DNA from: Elusimicrobia bacterium UBA5214
Lineage (GTDB): Bacteria > Elusimicrobiota > UBA5214
NCBI GenBank assembly: GCA_002412545.1
Contig: DHVG01000002.1
Location: forward strand, 130,095-194,094
Length of the DNA stretch: 64,000 bases
Reading direction: 5' to 3'
Below, one piece after another: positions 30,226 to 40,662 of this stretch. Below the pieces are notes generated by a model. That model made no database searches and was not told the origin of the DNA. It saw only the letters and a list, made by a program, of their open reading frames with translations. Position 1 is the stretch's first letter, and each line of letters begins with the position of its first letter. A program made the translations under genes and the position numbers.

Positions 30226-30564
30226 TTATGAGTATCTTTCTTCTTGTCCAGTATGCAATTCAGGAGAATAAAGCTCGTATGTTGATAAATGGTGTTCATA
30301 CCTCACTAATTTTTCTTTTTCCAGTTGATACAATATATAGTCAAGTTCGTCAGTCGGTATATCCGAGAATGCCTGGGCTATCTCCTCACGAGAAAACACT
30401 CTGGTTCCCGGTACTTTTTGTTGTTCTTTCCTCAGCCAATTGAGAACGCTTAGTTTTCTTTTTTCCTTTCTTCCTACAAACCATTTCCATAATAACTTGT
30501 AAAGTAGATTGATAATTTTTCCTTTCACTTTTCTATTTTTCCACTTTCGGATAAATGCCGTCAA
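30226..30564 (-). CDS. hypothetical protein, possible winged-helix C-terminus
   Basis: SREEIAQAF...ELDYILYQLEKEKLV; start uncertain. Confidence 0.4.
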   Translation of the reverse strand: MTAFIRKWKNRKVKGKIINLLYKLLWKWFVGRKEKRKLSVLNWLRKEQQKVPGTRVFSREEIAQAFSDIPTDELDYILYQLEKEKLVRYEHHLSTYELYSPELHTGQEERYS

Positions 30565-33500
30565 TTAGTTTCTGGACTTCAATTGTCTTTTGAAGAGCGG
30601 TGACAATCTTGCAATAAGGTTTTATGTCGTTAAGTGTAGTTCCTATCTTGTCCTTCAGCCATTTATCACAAACTTGATAACCTCCGATTTGGTATTTCCA
30701 GATTTCTGGTTTTATGCCTTCAAAATATTGTTCATTATTTATATAAACTCGTCCTTTTTCATATTTTACTTTTTCAATTTTGTAATTTCCTTTACCTTGA
30801 AATTTAGCAACCGGTGGGTCGAGTTCCGCTGATTTAAGTAAATGTAAGTCAACCAGCCTTTTTCCATATTCAGCCATTTTACTGAAAAGTTTGTAATCTT
30901 TCGTTAAAGGAATTCTCGGGAAATCCATCTTTAGAAACTCGGCGTATCTTGTTCGGTAGATATTTGAGTAAAGAATAGCATAAACATAAAAGAAGATTTG
31001 TTCCGGAGACGGTATTTTTTTAAACTCTTTGGTTAATTGTTCGACTATTTCCGGAGAGAGGTTCGGTTTTTTTGCTCCGTAATCTGCTTGTGGTTCAAAG
31101 AGCATTATAACACTGCCTAAAGACCGTTTTTTAGGATTATCCTTTTTTTCTTGATATAGGTAAAGAGGGAAAAGGTAATTTATATCAAGGGCAGTAATAG
31201 ATGTTGCACCTGCAACAACTTTATCTGTAACAAAGGCATATCTCCAATCTTCTACACTTCTTGACCGTCTAATGGTAATTAAACCTAAATTTTCTCCTGC
31301 CAGCATATGGTACATAATTTCTGGACGGGGCATACAATGAAAACCACGGGATTTGCCGGTGTAATAGGTATATCTTATATCAAAAGGTCGGTATAAAATT
31401 GGTACTATTTTCTTTTTGTCTAATCCACTTTCTTCTAAATCCTTCTGAGCCAGTTCAACTTTCCAATCTCTTGCGTCTTTACCAAGGCTGTAAGCCTGCC
31501 TTGCCAATTCCGGATCAAGTTTTGAAAAGTTTAAAATAGTTTGCCAAACTTCTTCCGGTTTCCATTTGATAGTCAAATTGTCCCTCGCCGTAACTATCCC
31601 TACACTGTTAGCAAGAAAGATGTCAGTTATCTTTGGATATGAGTAGTATAACTTGAAAAGTTTTCTTTCCGTTGGAATAAAACGATAAAAAAACTCCGAT
31701 TTTAGTGATATTTTTTGCCATTTAGTTGTTTTTATATCATTTTTCAAAAGCCAATCATACTTTTTTTCCTGCAATCCCCAAAGGTCTGAATGATGAACTT
31801 CGCACTCTCTCTTTTCATCTTTCTTTTTTATGAAAAGGGCAATCGCTACTCCCTGTCGAATATCAAAGACATTTCCATCTTTAGACCCGTCAGGACATTT
31901 CCCTTTTTCTTTCGTAATATTGCCATGCAAATCTAAAATATAAATTTCATTGAAACTATTCATCAGGGATTGTCGCATTCCTCTAAAAGTTGGATTATCC
32001 AGATAACTATGATTGGTAATAAATCCTAAAATTCCTTCACCTGCTTGGTCAATTTTCCACTGGGCAAAACGAATGAATTTTACATAATCATCTTGTAGCC
32101 ATTTAGGATTTTTTTCGCCAAGCGGTTTACCATCCACCTGATAGTAAACTTTAATTTCTTTTGAAATCCATTCACCTACATTATAGGAATGTCCCGAATA
32201 AGGCGGATTGCCAAAAATAACTAAAATTGGTGTTTCCTTTTTTACCTTGCCTGCCAAATGAGATTCCTCAGAAAGGGAAACCATACCCGGAAGTTCGGTC
32301 TGGGCGAGTTCTTCCATTTCCAAAGTATTGGTTAGATAGAGTTTAAACCGGTCGTCATCCTTGAGTTCGTAGCCGAGTTCTTCTAAGAGAAAAGACATTT
32401 TGAGGTGTCCTACTGCGTAAGGTGCCATCATCAATTCAAAAGCATAAAAATTTTTGAGGATATGTTCTCTGATAAGATTTTCTTTTCCACCTTCTCCATA
32501 TTTGTGAACAAATTCATTTACTACTAATTTAGATGCTTCTGCTAAAAAAGTAAGTGTTCCTGCCGCAGGGTCCAAAACGGTAACTAATTCGCTTGCAAAT
32601 CCATCCTTTCTATTAAAATGTTCCTTCAAAATACGATGCAAAGAACGAACGATATAAGATACGACGGGTTCTGGTGTGTAATATACGCCCCTCTTTTCTC
32701 TTGTTTGTGGGTCATATTCAGCCAAGAAGGTTTCATAAAAGTGGACAATTGGGTCTTTACCTTTGCCTTCATGAAAATATTTGTGAAGGATATTTTTTAC
32801 ATCAGTAACTGCTAATACTTCTGAAATATCATCAATAATCCATTCCATTTGTTGGGAAGGTTTACCCAGTGAAATAAAATGAAAAACATCCCTTAGAATA
32901 CCTATAGTTGGTGGAATCTTATCGTAGGCAAGTTTTCTATTAAACTCGTTTTCTGAACGAGTTCGGGCAGCAAAAAGTCCGTAGGTAATGGTTTGGGAAT
33001 AAAGGTCAGCAAAATCCTCTTTTGTAAGACCACTTATTAGATATTTTCTGAATGCTTCATAAAATCCTAAAATAAATCCTTTTCCTATTTCTTCTTCTTC
33101 TTTTAGTTCTTGGGCAACGACTTCGTCTCTAAGGAAACGTGTCCTATTTGCTAATTCAATTGCTAGTGTTTTAGCATCATAAACCTTTGGCAAAGAAAAA
33201 GAAAAGAATTTCTCAAGCAGTTTAACAAAATCCTGTTCTTTTTCAACAGGTGGCACTGTTTTAAGTTTATGAACAATAAAGGGTCTACCAATAAGAACTT
33301 TATCTATTAAAGTACCGTTGTGATAACGTCTGAATTCAAAAAAGTTAGTTAATATAAGATTGGGGAAGGTATGCCGATAGCGTTTTAACTGTTCCGTTTC
33401 TTCTGTCTGGTCTAAATCCTCGTTCTTTGGTTCCTTGGCTTCAATATACCCAACGATATGCTGACTTCCATCCCAGACCCTGAAGTCAGGATTACCGGCT

Positions 33501-33658
33501 TCAGTTTTCTTTGGTAGAGTGGTAATATGGATATTTTTTTTGCCGACCGATTCTATATATTCCTGTAGTAATCCTTCAAGGATTGAGTAGTAACTCTCTT
33601 CCCTTGCGTCTCCATGTTGGGCAACTCCAAAGATTTTTTCTAAATATGCTTTCAACAT
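30533..33658 (-). CDS. single-chain restriction-modification enzyme (nuclease + N6-adenine MTase + type ISP-like specificity domain, no helicase)
   Basis: GNPDF...GYIEAK, GVYYTP, LDPAAGT, GNPPY, LYRPFD, IGGYQV..KWLKD. Confidence 0.88.
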   Translation of the reverse strand: MLKAYLEKIFGVAQHGDAREESYYSILEGLLQEYIESVGKKNIHITTLPKKTEAGNPDFRVWDGSQHIVGYIEAKEPKNEDLDQTEETEQLKRYRHTFPNLILTNFFEFRRYHNGTLIDKVLIGRPFIVHKLKTVPPVEKEQDFVKLLEKFFSFSLPKVYDAKTLAIELANRTRFLRDEVVAQELKEEEEIGKGFILGFYEAFRKYLISGLTKEDFADLYSQTITYGLFAARTRSENEFNRKLAYDKIPPTIGILRDVFHFISLGKPSQQMEWIIDDISEVLAVTDVKNILHKYFHEGKGKDPIVHFYETFLAEYDPQTREKRGVYYTPEPVVSYIVRSLHRILKEHFNRKDGFASELVTVLDPAAGTLTFLAEASKLVVNEFVHKYGEGGKENLIREHILKNFYAFELMMAPYAVGHLKMSFLLEELGYELKDDDRFKLYLTNTLEMEELAQTELPGMVSLSEESHLAGKVKKETPILVIFGNPPYSGHSYNVGEWISKEIKVYYQVDGKPLGEKNPKWLQDDYVKFIRFAQWKIDQAGEGILGFITNHSYLDNPTFRGMRQSLMNSFNEIYILDLHGNITKEKGKCPDGSKDGNVFDIRQGVAIALFIKKKDEKRECEVHHSDLWGLQEKKYDWLLKNDIKTTKWQKISLKSEFFYRFIPTERKLFKLYYSYPKITDIFLANSVGIVTARDNLTIKWKPEEVWQTILNFSKLDPELARQAYSLGKDARDWKVELAQKDLEESGLDKKKIVPILYRPFDIRYTYYTGKSRGFHCMPRPEIMYHMLAGENLGLITIRRSRSVEDWRYAFVTDKVVAGATSITALDINYLFPLYLYQEKKDNPKKRSLGSVIMLFEPQADYGAKKPNLSPEIVEQLTKEFKKIPSPEQIFFYVYAILYSNIYRTRYAEFLKMDFPRIPLTKDYKLFSKMAEYGKRLVDLHLLKSAELDPPVAKFQGKGNYKIEKVKYEKGRVYINNEQYFEGIKPEIWKYQIGGYQVCDKWLKDKIGTTLNDIKPYCKIVTALQKTIEVQKLIDGIYPKVEK

Positions 33659-33668
33659 TTTATTCTTT

Positions 33669-34664
33669 TCAATGTTTAGTTTTCTTTTTTTCCCTCTCTC
33701 TTAAACACATCTCAGCAGCGAGTTTAACTGCGGAGAACATCGGGCGTGCGTCAGCGAGATTTTTACCGGCAATGTCAAAAGCAGTGCCGTGTCCGGGTGA
33801 AGTGCGAATGAAGGGCAAACCAAGGGTAACATTGACTAAAGAATAAGGGTCAAGCAGTTTTAGAGGTATCATTGCCTGGTCGTGATACATTACAATAATT
33901 AAATCATATTTTTTCCACCACTGGAAAACCGTATCTGCCGGTAAAGGACCTGTAACTTGCAACTTGTAACCTGTAACTTGTTTGATTGCCGGGATGATTA
34001 TCTCTTTTTCTTCCTTACCGAGAACTCCGCCTTCGCCGCGGTGCGGATTTAAGGCACAAACCGCAATTCTTAGTTTAGCAATAGAGAAATATTTTTCTAA
34101 TGCTTTGGCTCCAAGTTTAATTGCCAAAATAATTTTTTCTTTAGTTAAACTATTAGCGACATCTTTTAAAGGTAAATGCCGGGTAACCATTGCTACTTTA
34201 AGTTTTTTGTTCACCATCAGCATAAGCAAATTCTTTTTCCCGGTTAATTCAGCAAGGATTTCGGTATGTCCGGAATAATTCAATCCGGCACGGTTTAATG
34301 CTTCTTTAGATATCGGTGCAGTAACCAAACCGTCCACCTGTCCATTCTGCACCAATTCTACTGCTTTTTTGATATATTCATAACTTAATTGTCCATACTC
34401 AGAGTTAGTCATACCGAAGTTTAGTTTCCTAATCTTGCCGATATTGATTAATTCAAATTCTCTATTGGAAACGACTGGAGGGTATTTTTTAAGATAAAAG
34501 TCTAAAACTGATTTTGTACCGATAACTACCGGTTGGCAAATTTGGTAAACTTCTTTCTTGGCAAGTGTTTTGATGACTATTTCCGGACCGATACCTGCAG
34601 GGTCACCGATTGTGATTGCAAGAGACGGCTTTTTACTCAATTTCGCTAATTTTGATTGTAGCAT
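33669..34664 (-). CDS. pdxA: 4-hydroxythreonine-4-phosphate dehydrogenase
   Basis: GDPAGIGPE, TAPISK, GHTE, LNPH.GE, MYHDQ, RTSP.HGTAFDIAG. Confidence 0.95.
   Translation of the reverse strand: MLQSKLAKLSKKPSLAITIGDPAGIGPEIVIKTLAKKEVYQICQPVVIGTKSVLDFYLKKYPPVVSNREFELINIGKIRKLNFGMTNSEYGQLSYEYIKKAVELVQNGQVDGLVTAPISKEALNRAGLNYSGHTEILAELTGKKNLLMLMVNKKLKVAMVTRHLPLKDVANSLTKEKIILAIKLGAKALEKYFSIAKLRIAVCALNPHRGEGGVLGKEEKEIIIPAIKQVTGYKLQVTGPLPADTVFQWWKKYDLIIVMYHDQAMIPLKLLDPYSLVNVTLGLPFIRTSPGHGTAFDIAGKNLADARPMFSAVKLAAEMCLREREKKKTKH
33948..33982 (-). repeat. in-frame 7-mer array (ACYTGTA x5, + strand) in pdxA
   Basis: Encodes KQVTGYKLQVTG. Confidence 0.88.
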
Positions 34665-35703
34665 TACTCCTTAATTGTTTTAAGAAATCCTGATATATTT
34701 TTTCTGCTTTACTCCGATAGAGATACTCTTGTAACTCTTCCTTCACTTCGCTATAAGTGAGTTTACTTTTTGCTTTTTTCTCTTCACATTTGATTAAATG
34801 ATAACCAAAATCAGTCTCCACAATATCGCTTACTTCGCCCACCGGTAAGGAAAAGGCAACTTTTTCAAATTCGGGAACCATATCGCCGTGGACAAAAAAA
34901 CCGAGGTCGCCGCCTTGTTCTTTACTTCCCGGGTCTTCAGAATATTTTCGTGCTAATTCACTGAAATCTTCACCGTTTTTAATCTTTTGTTGGATTTCTT
35001 TGATTTTGTTCAGTGCAGTTGTCTTATCCTGCATACTGGCATTTTTTTCTACCCGAATAAGAATATGTCTCACTCGGACACGTTCAGCAGTGCGCCGCTG
35101 AAAGAATTTGGCTAAACTGGCAATTTCATTTTCTTCTTCAGCGGATAGATTTGGGTCTTGTTTCCCGTCAATTTGGTCAACAATTTTATCGTACAATTTT
35201 GTAGTTTCTTCTTCTTTGGGTACCCCCACTTTCGCTTTTATTTCTAAATCAATAAGTTTAATCACCATCAATTGGTCCTGGATTCTTTTTTCAAAATCAG
35301 TTTCAGTTAAAGATTGTTTTTTTAATTCGGTTTGGAAATCTTCCGGGTTAGGGAAACGTTTTTTTACTTCGTTGACCCCATCCTCAATCTCTCTTTTGGC
35401 AACCACAATTTTGCGTTTCTTTGTCTCCTGAAGTAAGATTTTTTCGTCAATCATCTGATTGAGGACATCTTTTTTTAACTGACGGATTTTTTCCGTAGTT
35501 TGTTCACTTGCCGGGGTTAAAAGTTTATATTGTTCAACTAATGGCTGGACATTTTTTTCTAACTCGGAGAGAAGGATTGCCTCACCATTAACCATAGCGA
35601 TAGTTTTATTTACCACCGTTTTCTCTTGAGCAAGGACTGACTGAGTCAGTAACCAATAACCGATAACCAGTAACCAATAACCGAATTTCAAGGATTTCTT
35701 CAT
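34633..35703 (-). CDS. SurA/PrsA-like parvulin peptidyl-prolyl isomerase
   Basis: SurA-like N-domain; VRHILI, FSELARKYSED.GS...GGDLGF, TDFGYHLIK. Confidence 0.9.
   Translation of the reverse strand: MKKSLKFGYWLLVIGYWLLTQSVLAQEKTVVNKTIAMVNGEAILLSELEKNVQPLVEQYKLLTPASEQTTEKIRQLKKDVLNQMIDEKILLQETKKRKIVVAKREIEDGVNEVKKRFPNPEDFQTELKKQSLTETDFEKRIQDQLMVIKLIDLEIKAKVGVPKEEETTKLYDKIVDQIDGKQDPNLSAEEENEIASLAKFFQRRTAERVRVRHILIRVEKNASMQDKTTALNKIKEIQQKIKNGEDFSELARKYSEDPGSKEQGGDLGFFVHGDMVPEFEKVAFSLPVGEVSDIVETDFGYHLIKCEEKKAKSKLTYSEVKEELQEYLYRSKAEKIYQDFLKQLRSNATIKISEIE
35648..35682 (-). repeat. in-frame 7-mer array (AATAACC x5, + strand) in the surA signal peptide
   Basis: Encodes GYWLLVIGYWLL. Confidence 0.9.
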
Positions 35704-35729
35704 ATTTCCTTTCCTCTTTTCATAATTAT

Positions 35730-38700
35730 TTAAATTTTACTATTTTCAAGAAGATTTAGCAAGTATTTTGTTAAAAAAAATATTGTTCTTTCCTGGGGGA
35801 AATTATGCAGGTTTAAATGTAGGAATTTTTCTTGGAGGAAAAAAACTTTCCCGCGATAATTTTCGGTAAATCTTTTTATTTTCTCTCGGTCAATATTCGC
35901 TTCAGGAAAGAAACTTATTTCCAATCCGCCACGGAGGGATTTTTTACTTTTGATTTCTTTAATCATCAGTTTCTTTGCTAAAATGCGTAACTCGGCTAAA
36001 GAGAAAAGGTTTTCGGTTGGTTCGGGTATTTTACCGAAACGGTCAAGGAGTTCATCTTTCATCTCTTTTAATTCTTTCGTTGAAGACACCGAAAGAATGC
36101 GTTTATAAAAGATAATTCTTATTGAAGAAACCGGGATATAGTTTTCCGGTAAATGCGCTTCCAGAGGAAAATCAAATAGCGGTTCTTTTTCTTTCGATAC
36201 AGTTTCGCCTCTAAGTTTTTTGACTTCTTCTTCTAAGAGGCGGCAGTAAAGGTCATAACCGAGTTCACCAATGAAACCGTGCTGTTGCGGACCGAGGACA
36301 TTCCCAGCACCACGGATTTCTAAATCTCTTAAAGCAAGACGCATTCCCGAACCTAAAGAAGTAAATTCGGTTAACGCCTGCAGCCGTTTTAACGCACTTT
36401 CGGTAAGTTGCGTGTCACGATTATAAAAAAGGTAACAATATGCCTTCTGGTCGCCTCTACCGATGCGTCCGCGTAGTTGATAAAGTTGAGCTAAACCAAA
36501 TTCTTCCGCATTTTCTACAATTAAAGTATTAACCCGGGGCAAGTCCAAACCGGACTCAATGATACTTGTAGAAACAAGTACCGCATATTCACCGGTCAAA
36601 AATTTATGCATTGTTTTTTCCAGTTCCCGGGCGGACATTTGCCCATGGGCTAAACCAAATTTTATCTCCGGGAGAAAATTCTTCAGCCGGTTGATTACGG
36701 TTAGAATCGTCTCAATCCGGTTATGGACATAAAATACCTGTCCCCCACGGTTAAGTTCCGAAAGAACCGCCTTCTTAATTATTCCATCATTGTGAATAGA
36801 GATGCAGGTTTCAATTGGTAACCGTCCTTCCGGTGGTGTTTCAATTACCGAAACTTCACGGAGTCCACTTAAAGTCATAGATAATGTCCGGGGTATCGGT
36901 GTTGCGGAAAGAGTAAGTGTATCTACAGAAAAACGCAATTTTTTTAATTTTTCTTTTGCACCTACACCAAAACGATGTTCTTCGTCAATCACTACTAAAC
37001 CTAAATCCTTAAATCCAATATCTTTCTGCAAGAGACGATGTGTGCCGATAATGATATCAATTAACCCATTTTTTAAATCGGAAAGAATTTTTTCTTGTTC
37101 TCTTTTTGTCCGGAAACGGGAAAGCATTTCAATATTTACCGGGTATTCTTTGAACCGTTCAGTAAAAGTGCGGTAATGTTGTTCAGCAAGAATTGTTGTC
37201 GGGACGAGCAGGGCTACCTGTTTACCAGCAAGAGCAACTTTTAATCCTGCACGCATCGCTACTTCAGTTTTACCATAACCGACATCACCAATCACTACCC
37301 GGTCCATCGGTTTGGAAGAGATTAAATCAGTTTTCACTTCTTCAATTGCTTTTGCCTGGTCAGGTGTTTCTTCGTAAGGGAAACTGGCCGCAAATTCTTT
37401 TTCAATATAGGAGTCGGGAGGGAAAGAATAAGCGGGTAAAATTTGACGCTGGGCATAAACCTGGAGAAGTTCACGAGCAAAATTATAGAGTGATTCTTTT
37501 ATTTTTTGTTTAAGTCGTTCCCAGGAAATACCATCAAGGGAATAAATTCTTGGACGATGTCCTTGCGGACCGATATATTTCTGGACTAAACGGAAATCAG
37601 TAATTGGCACATAAAGTTTGTCACCGCCTTTATATTCAAGAGAAAGGAAGTCAGCATATTTATTCTCAATGAGGAGATGTCTTAATCCACGGTAGATACC
37701 GATACCATACTGCTCATGAACGATGTAGTCACTGGGTTGGATTTCACTCAGATGTTCAAGGATGCCTCCACTGCGGAATTTTGGTAAACGGTAATGAATT
37801 TTATAGCGGGCAAAAATATCGTTACCGGTAATAATAACTAATTTCATTTCGGGCAAAAGAAAACCATTTACTAAAGGACCAATAAAAATGGGTAAACTTA
37901 TTTCCGGTTTTTTTTCTTCTAAAAGGGCAGACAACCTTTCTTCTTCCTGTCGGTTTTGTGCATAAAGATAAATTTTATATTTTTCTTTAATCCAAGTTTC
38001 CAGTTCTTCTAAAAAAAGAGTAAATTTACCGTTAAAACTTGGTAAATCTTGTGCGCCAAAATTAAACGTTTCGTGAGCAGGCAAAAGAACATTTTCTACT
38101 TGCTTAAAATCGGAAAATTCATTTGACTTCACTGTTTCTTTTACATCAATATCCCAGAAAATTAAGGTATTTTTGGGAAAATACTCGGCAAACCCTGAAC
38201 CATTACGGTTCAGGGCAAGTGGAGTTTGTTTTTCTATGGAAGCAGGAATAATTTTTGCTTCTTGAATATTTTCTTTTGAACGCTGGGTAGTGACATCAAA
38301 AAGACGTATTTCTTCAATTTTATTTTCAAAAAAAATAATCCGCAAGGGTAAAACAAAATTTGCTGCCCAGAGGTCAACAATTTCGCCGCGGACACTATAT
38401 TCACCGCTTTGTTCAACGAAATCTATCCGTTCATATCCGGCAGAAGTTAAATAATTGACGAATTCATCACGACTGATTTCTTCTTCAAGTTTAATTTCCC
38501 GACAAAATTTGATGAATTTATCTTTTTTCGGGATAGTTTTTCCCAGAATTTGAGCAGAAGTAACCAGAATTGAGACCTTATTTTCTAAAATTTCATTCAG
38601 ACCGGCAATCTGTGCCTGATGGACTTTTTCGGGATATAAATATATCTTTTTAGTTAACTTAAAAAATATTTTTAATGCTTCCAAATCGTCAGTAAGTTCT

Positions 38701-38873
38701 TCACTTTCTTCCTCAGTTTTTGTTACGGCAACTATCGGACAATCAAGTCTTTCGGCTAAACCAAGCAGAAAAAATGCTTTACTCCCACCGGCAAGTCCGC
38801 TTACCTGCAGATGTCGCCGGGTAGTGATTTTTCTAATTAGAACCTCAAAAATAGGTAATTCCATTTTTATCAT
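35730..38873 (-). CDS. mfd: transcription-repair coupling factor
   Basis: VRGEIVD, VHEQYGIG, GDVGYGKTEVA, DEEHRFGV, SATPIPRTL, QLRGRIGR, DLEIRGAGN. Confidence 0.97.
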   Translation of the reverse strand: MIKMELPIFEVLIRKITTRRHLQVSGLAGGSKAFFLLGLAERLDCPIVAVTKTEEESEELTDDLEALKIFFKLTKKIYLYPEKVHQAQIAGLNEILENKVSILVTSAQILGKTIPKKDKFIKFCREIKLEEEISRDEFVNYLTSAGYERIDFVEQSGEYSVRGEIVDLWAANFVLPLRIIFFENKIEEIRLFDVTTQRSKENIQEAKIIPASIEKQTPLALNRNGSGFAEYFPKNTLIFWDIDVKETVKSNEFSDFKQVENVLLPAHETFNFGAQDLPSFNGKFTLFLEELETWIKEKYKIYLYAQNRQEEERLSALLEEKKPEISLPIFIGPLVNGFLLPEMKLVIITGNDIFARYKIHYRLPKFRSGGILEHLSEIQPSDYIVHEQYGIGIYRGLRHLLIENKYADFLSLEYKGGDKLYVPITDFRLVQKYIGPQGHRPRIYSLDGISWERLKQKIKESLYNFARELLQVYAQRQILPAYSFPPDSYIEKEFAASFPYEETPDQAKAIEEVKTDLISSKPMDRVVIGDVGYGKTEVAMRAGLKVALAGKQVALLVPTTILAEQHYRTFTERFKEYPVNIEMLSRFRTKREQEKILSDLKNGLIDIIIGTHRLLQKDIGFKDLGLVVIDEEHRFGVGAKEKLKKLRFSVDTLTLSATPIPRTLSMTLSGLREVSVIETPPEGRLPIETCISIHNDGIIKKAVLSELNRGGQVFYVHNRIETILTVINRLKNFLPEIKFGLAHGQMSARELEKTMHKFLTGEYAVLVSTSIIESGLDLPRVNTLIVENAEEFGLAQLYQLRGRIGRGDQKAYCYLFYNRDTQLTESALKRLQALTEFTSLGSGMRLALRDLEIRGAGNVLGPQQHGFIGELGYDLYCRLLEEEVKKLRGETVSKEKEPLFDFPLEAHLPENYIPVSSIRIIFYKRILSVSSTKELKEMKDELLDRFGKIPEPTENLFSLAELRILAKKLMIKEIKSKKSLRGGLEISFFPEANIDREKIKRFTENYRGKVFFLQEKFLHLNLHNFPQERTIFFLTKYLLNLLENSKI

Positions 38874-39024
38874 TGTTTCCTATAAAAACAAGTATAGTAA
38901 AACAATGACTATTTTAGCAAATTTTATTCTCCTTCGCCCCGATAGGTCATGGTCTACCGAGAATACCCCCCCGATGTAACATTGGGACAGAAATGAAGGC
39001 GAGGAGAAGGAGAATTCCGCTCTG

Positions 39025-39054
39025 ATACCCCGCCCCTTAGGGCGGGGAGCTTCA
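39025..39054. repeat. IS200/IS605-end-like hairpin
   Basis: ATACCCCGCCCCTTAGGGCGGGGAGCTTCA; no transposase nearby. Confidence 0.5.
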
Positions 39055-39108
39055 TTTTTTGGAGTTGTTGTCTGATTTTTTAAAGGGGGAAACAAGAAGC
39101 AAGAAGGG

Positions 39109-40662
39109 TTAACTTTCAGTTACCCGGAGGATTTCTTCCGGCGTAGTGATACCTTGAACAACTTTTTCCCAGCCGTCTTCCCGAAGGGTCTTCATTCCTT
39201 TTTTTCTTGCAGTTTCTTTTAGTATTGTCGGGGTTGCTTTTTTTATAATCAGTTCGCGCAAATCGTTATCTATGAGTATCAGTTCAAATATACCGGTCCG
39301 ACCACGATATCCAGTTTGATGACATATTTTGCATCCTTTGCCTCGGTAAAAAACGATATCCTTATTCAATTGTTGCATTTCCAGGGTAGTAATTAATTCT
39401 TCTGAAAGTTTATATTGTTCCCTGCAGTTTGTGCAGATAGTCCGGACCAAACGCTGAGCAAGGACACCGATGAGTGCCGAAGAAATGAGAAATGGCTCAA
39501 CATGCATATCAATAAGCCGAGTAACCGCACCGATTGCATCATTAGTGTGGAGAGTAGTAAGAACCAGGTGACCGGTCAATGCTGCTCGCATAGCAATTTC
39601 TACGGTTTCTAAATCGCGCACTTCTCCAACCATAATCACATCCGGGTCCTGACGCAGGACTGCCCGTAACCCGTCAGCAAAAGTGAAACCAGCTTCCGGA
39701 TTCATTTCCGCTTGATTAATACCTCTTAGGAAATACTCACGCGGGTCTTCTAAAGTAATAATGTTTTTTCCTGGTGAGTTAATTTTCTGCAAGGCAGCAT
39801 ACAAGGTGCTTGTCTTTCCGCTTCCGGTCGGACCGGTAACAAGAATAATACCGTAGGGTTTTTTAATCAGCATTTTAAATTTTTCTAAGGTGTCGGTTGG
39901 GAATCCCAGTTTTTCTAAGTTAACATTTGTCTCCTTTTGGTCAAGAATACGGAGGACTACTTTTTCGCCAAAAGCCACCGGAAAAGTGGAAACTCGCACA
40001 TCAACTTCACGGTCTTCTATGCGCACACGGAAACGTCCATCCTGCGGACGACGGCGTTCAACGATATCCAAACCAGCGACGATTTTTATCCGGGGGATAA
40101 TCGGCAACTGCAATTGTTGAGGGAAAGAAATAGACTCATGTAAGATACCGTCAATACGGAACCGTATTTTTACTGTATTTTCTTCCGGTTCAATATGAAT
40201 ATCGCTTGCTTTTTCTTTGATTGCTTGGGAAAGGAGCAGGTTTACAAATTTGATTACTGGCGGTTCCTCGCTTATCCGCTGTAACCTAAGAAGGTCAAGG
40301 TGTTCTTCTTTAGCGAATGTAATGCCCATTTTCCCGATATTCTTGATAATTTCGTCCATTGAATCGCTTACTCCATAAAACTGTTCAATTGTCTTAAAGA
40401 TATCGGTTTCATTACTTGTCACTGGCTGGATATTACATCCGGTTATCAGTCGTGCTTCATCAATAGCAATGATATTCATCGGGTCAGACATCGCTACGGT
40501 TAATGTATCTTTAATTTTGAAGAGAGGCACCATTTTATATTTCTTTGCCAATTTTTCCGGCATAATATTTACCACCTCGGGGTCAATAAGATAACTGTTT
40601 AATTCAATAAAAGGAATATTACTGGTAATTTTATCCGGGTTAGCCATTTTGGGTTTCACCAA
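39109..40662 (-). CDS. GspE/PilB-family secretion/pilus ATPase
   Basis: ASDIHIEP, GPTGSGKT, LRQDPD, TGHLVL.TLHTND, CxxC...CxxC. Confidence 0.93.
   Translation of the reverse strand: MVKPKMANPDKITSNIPFIELNSYLIDPEVVNIMPEKLAKKYKMVPLFKIKDTLTVAMSDPMNIIAIDEARLITGCNIQPVTSNETDIFKTIEQFYGVSDSMDEIIKNIGKMGITFAKEEHLDLLRLQRISEEPPVIKFVNLLLSQAIKEKASDIHIEPEENTVKIRFRIDGILHESISFPQQLQLPIIPRIKIVAGLDIVERRRPQDGRFRVRIEDREVDVRVSTFPVAFGEKVVLRILDQKETNVNLEKLGFPTDTLEKFKMLIKKPYGIILVTGPTGSGKTSTLYAALQKINSPGKNIITLEDPREYFLRGINQAEMNPEAGFTFADGLRAVLRQDPDVIMVGEVRDLETVEIAMRAALTGHLVLTTLHTNDAIGAVTRLIDMHVEPFLISSALIGVLAQRLVRTICTNCREQYKLSEELITTLEMQQLNKDIVFYRGKGCKICHQTGYRGRTGIFELILIDNDLRELIIKKATPTILKETARKKGMKTLREDGWEKVVQGITTPEEILRVTES

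Noticed and set aside
28380..33660. Prophage or integron
   Set aside because: No integrase, structural genes or recognisable attC sites
38880..39095. 71-aa ORF upstream of mfd (likewise 10685-10879, 6573-6821, 57008-57583)
   Set aside because: Made of stacked palindromic elements or antisense to real genes
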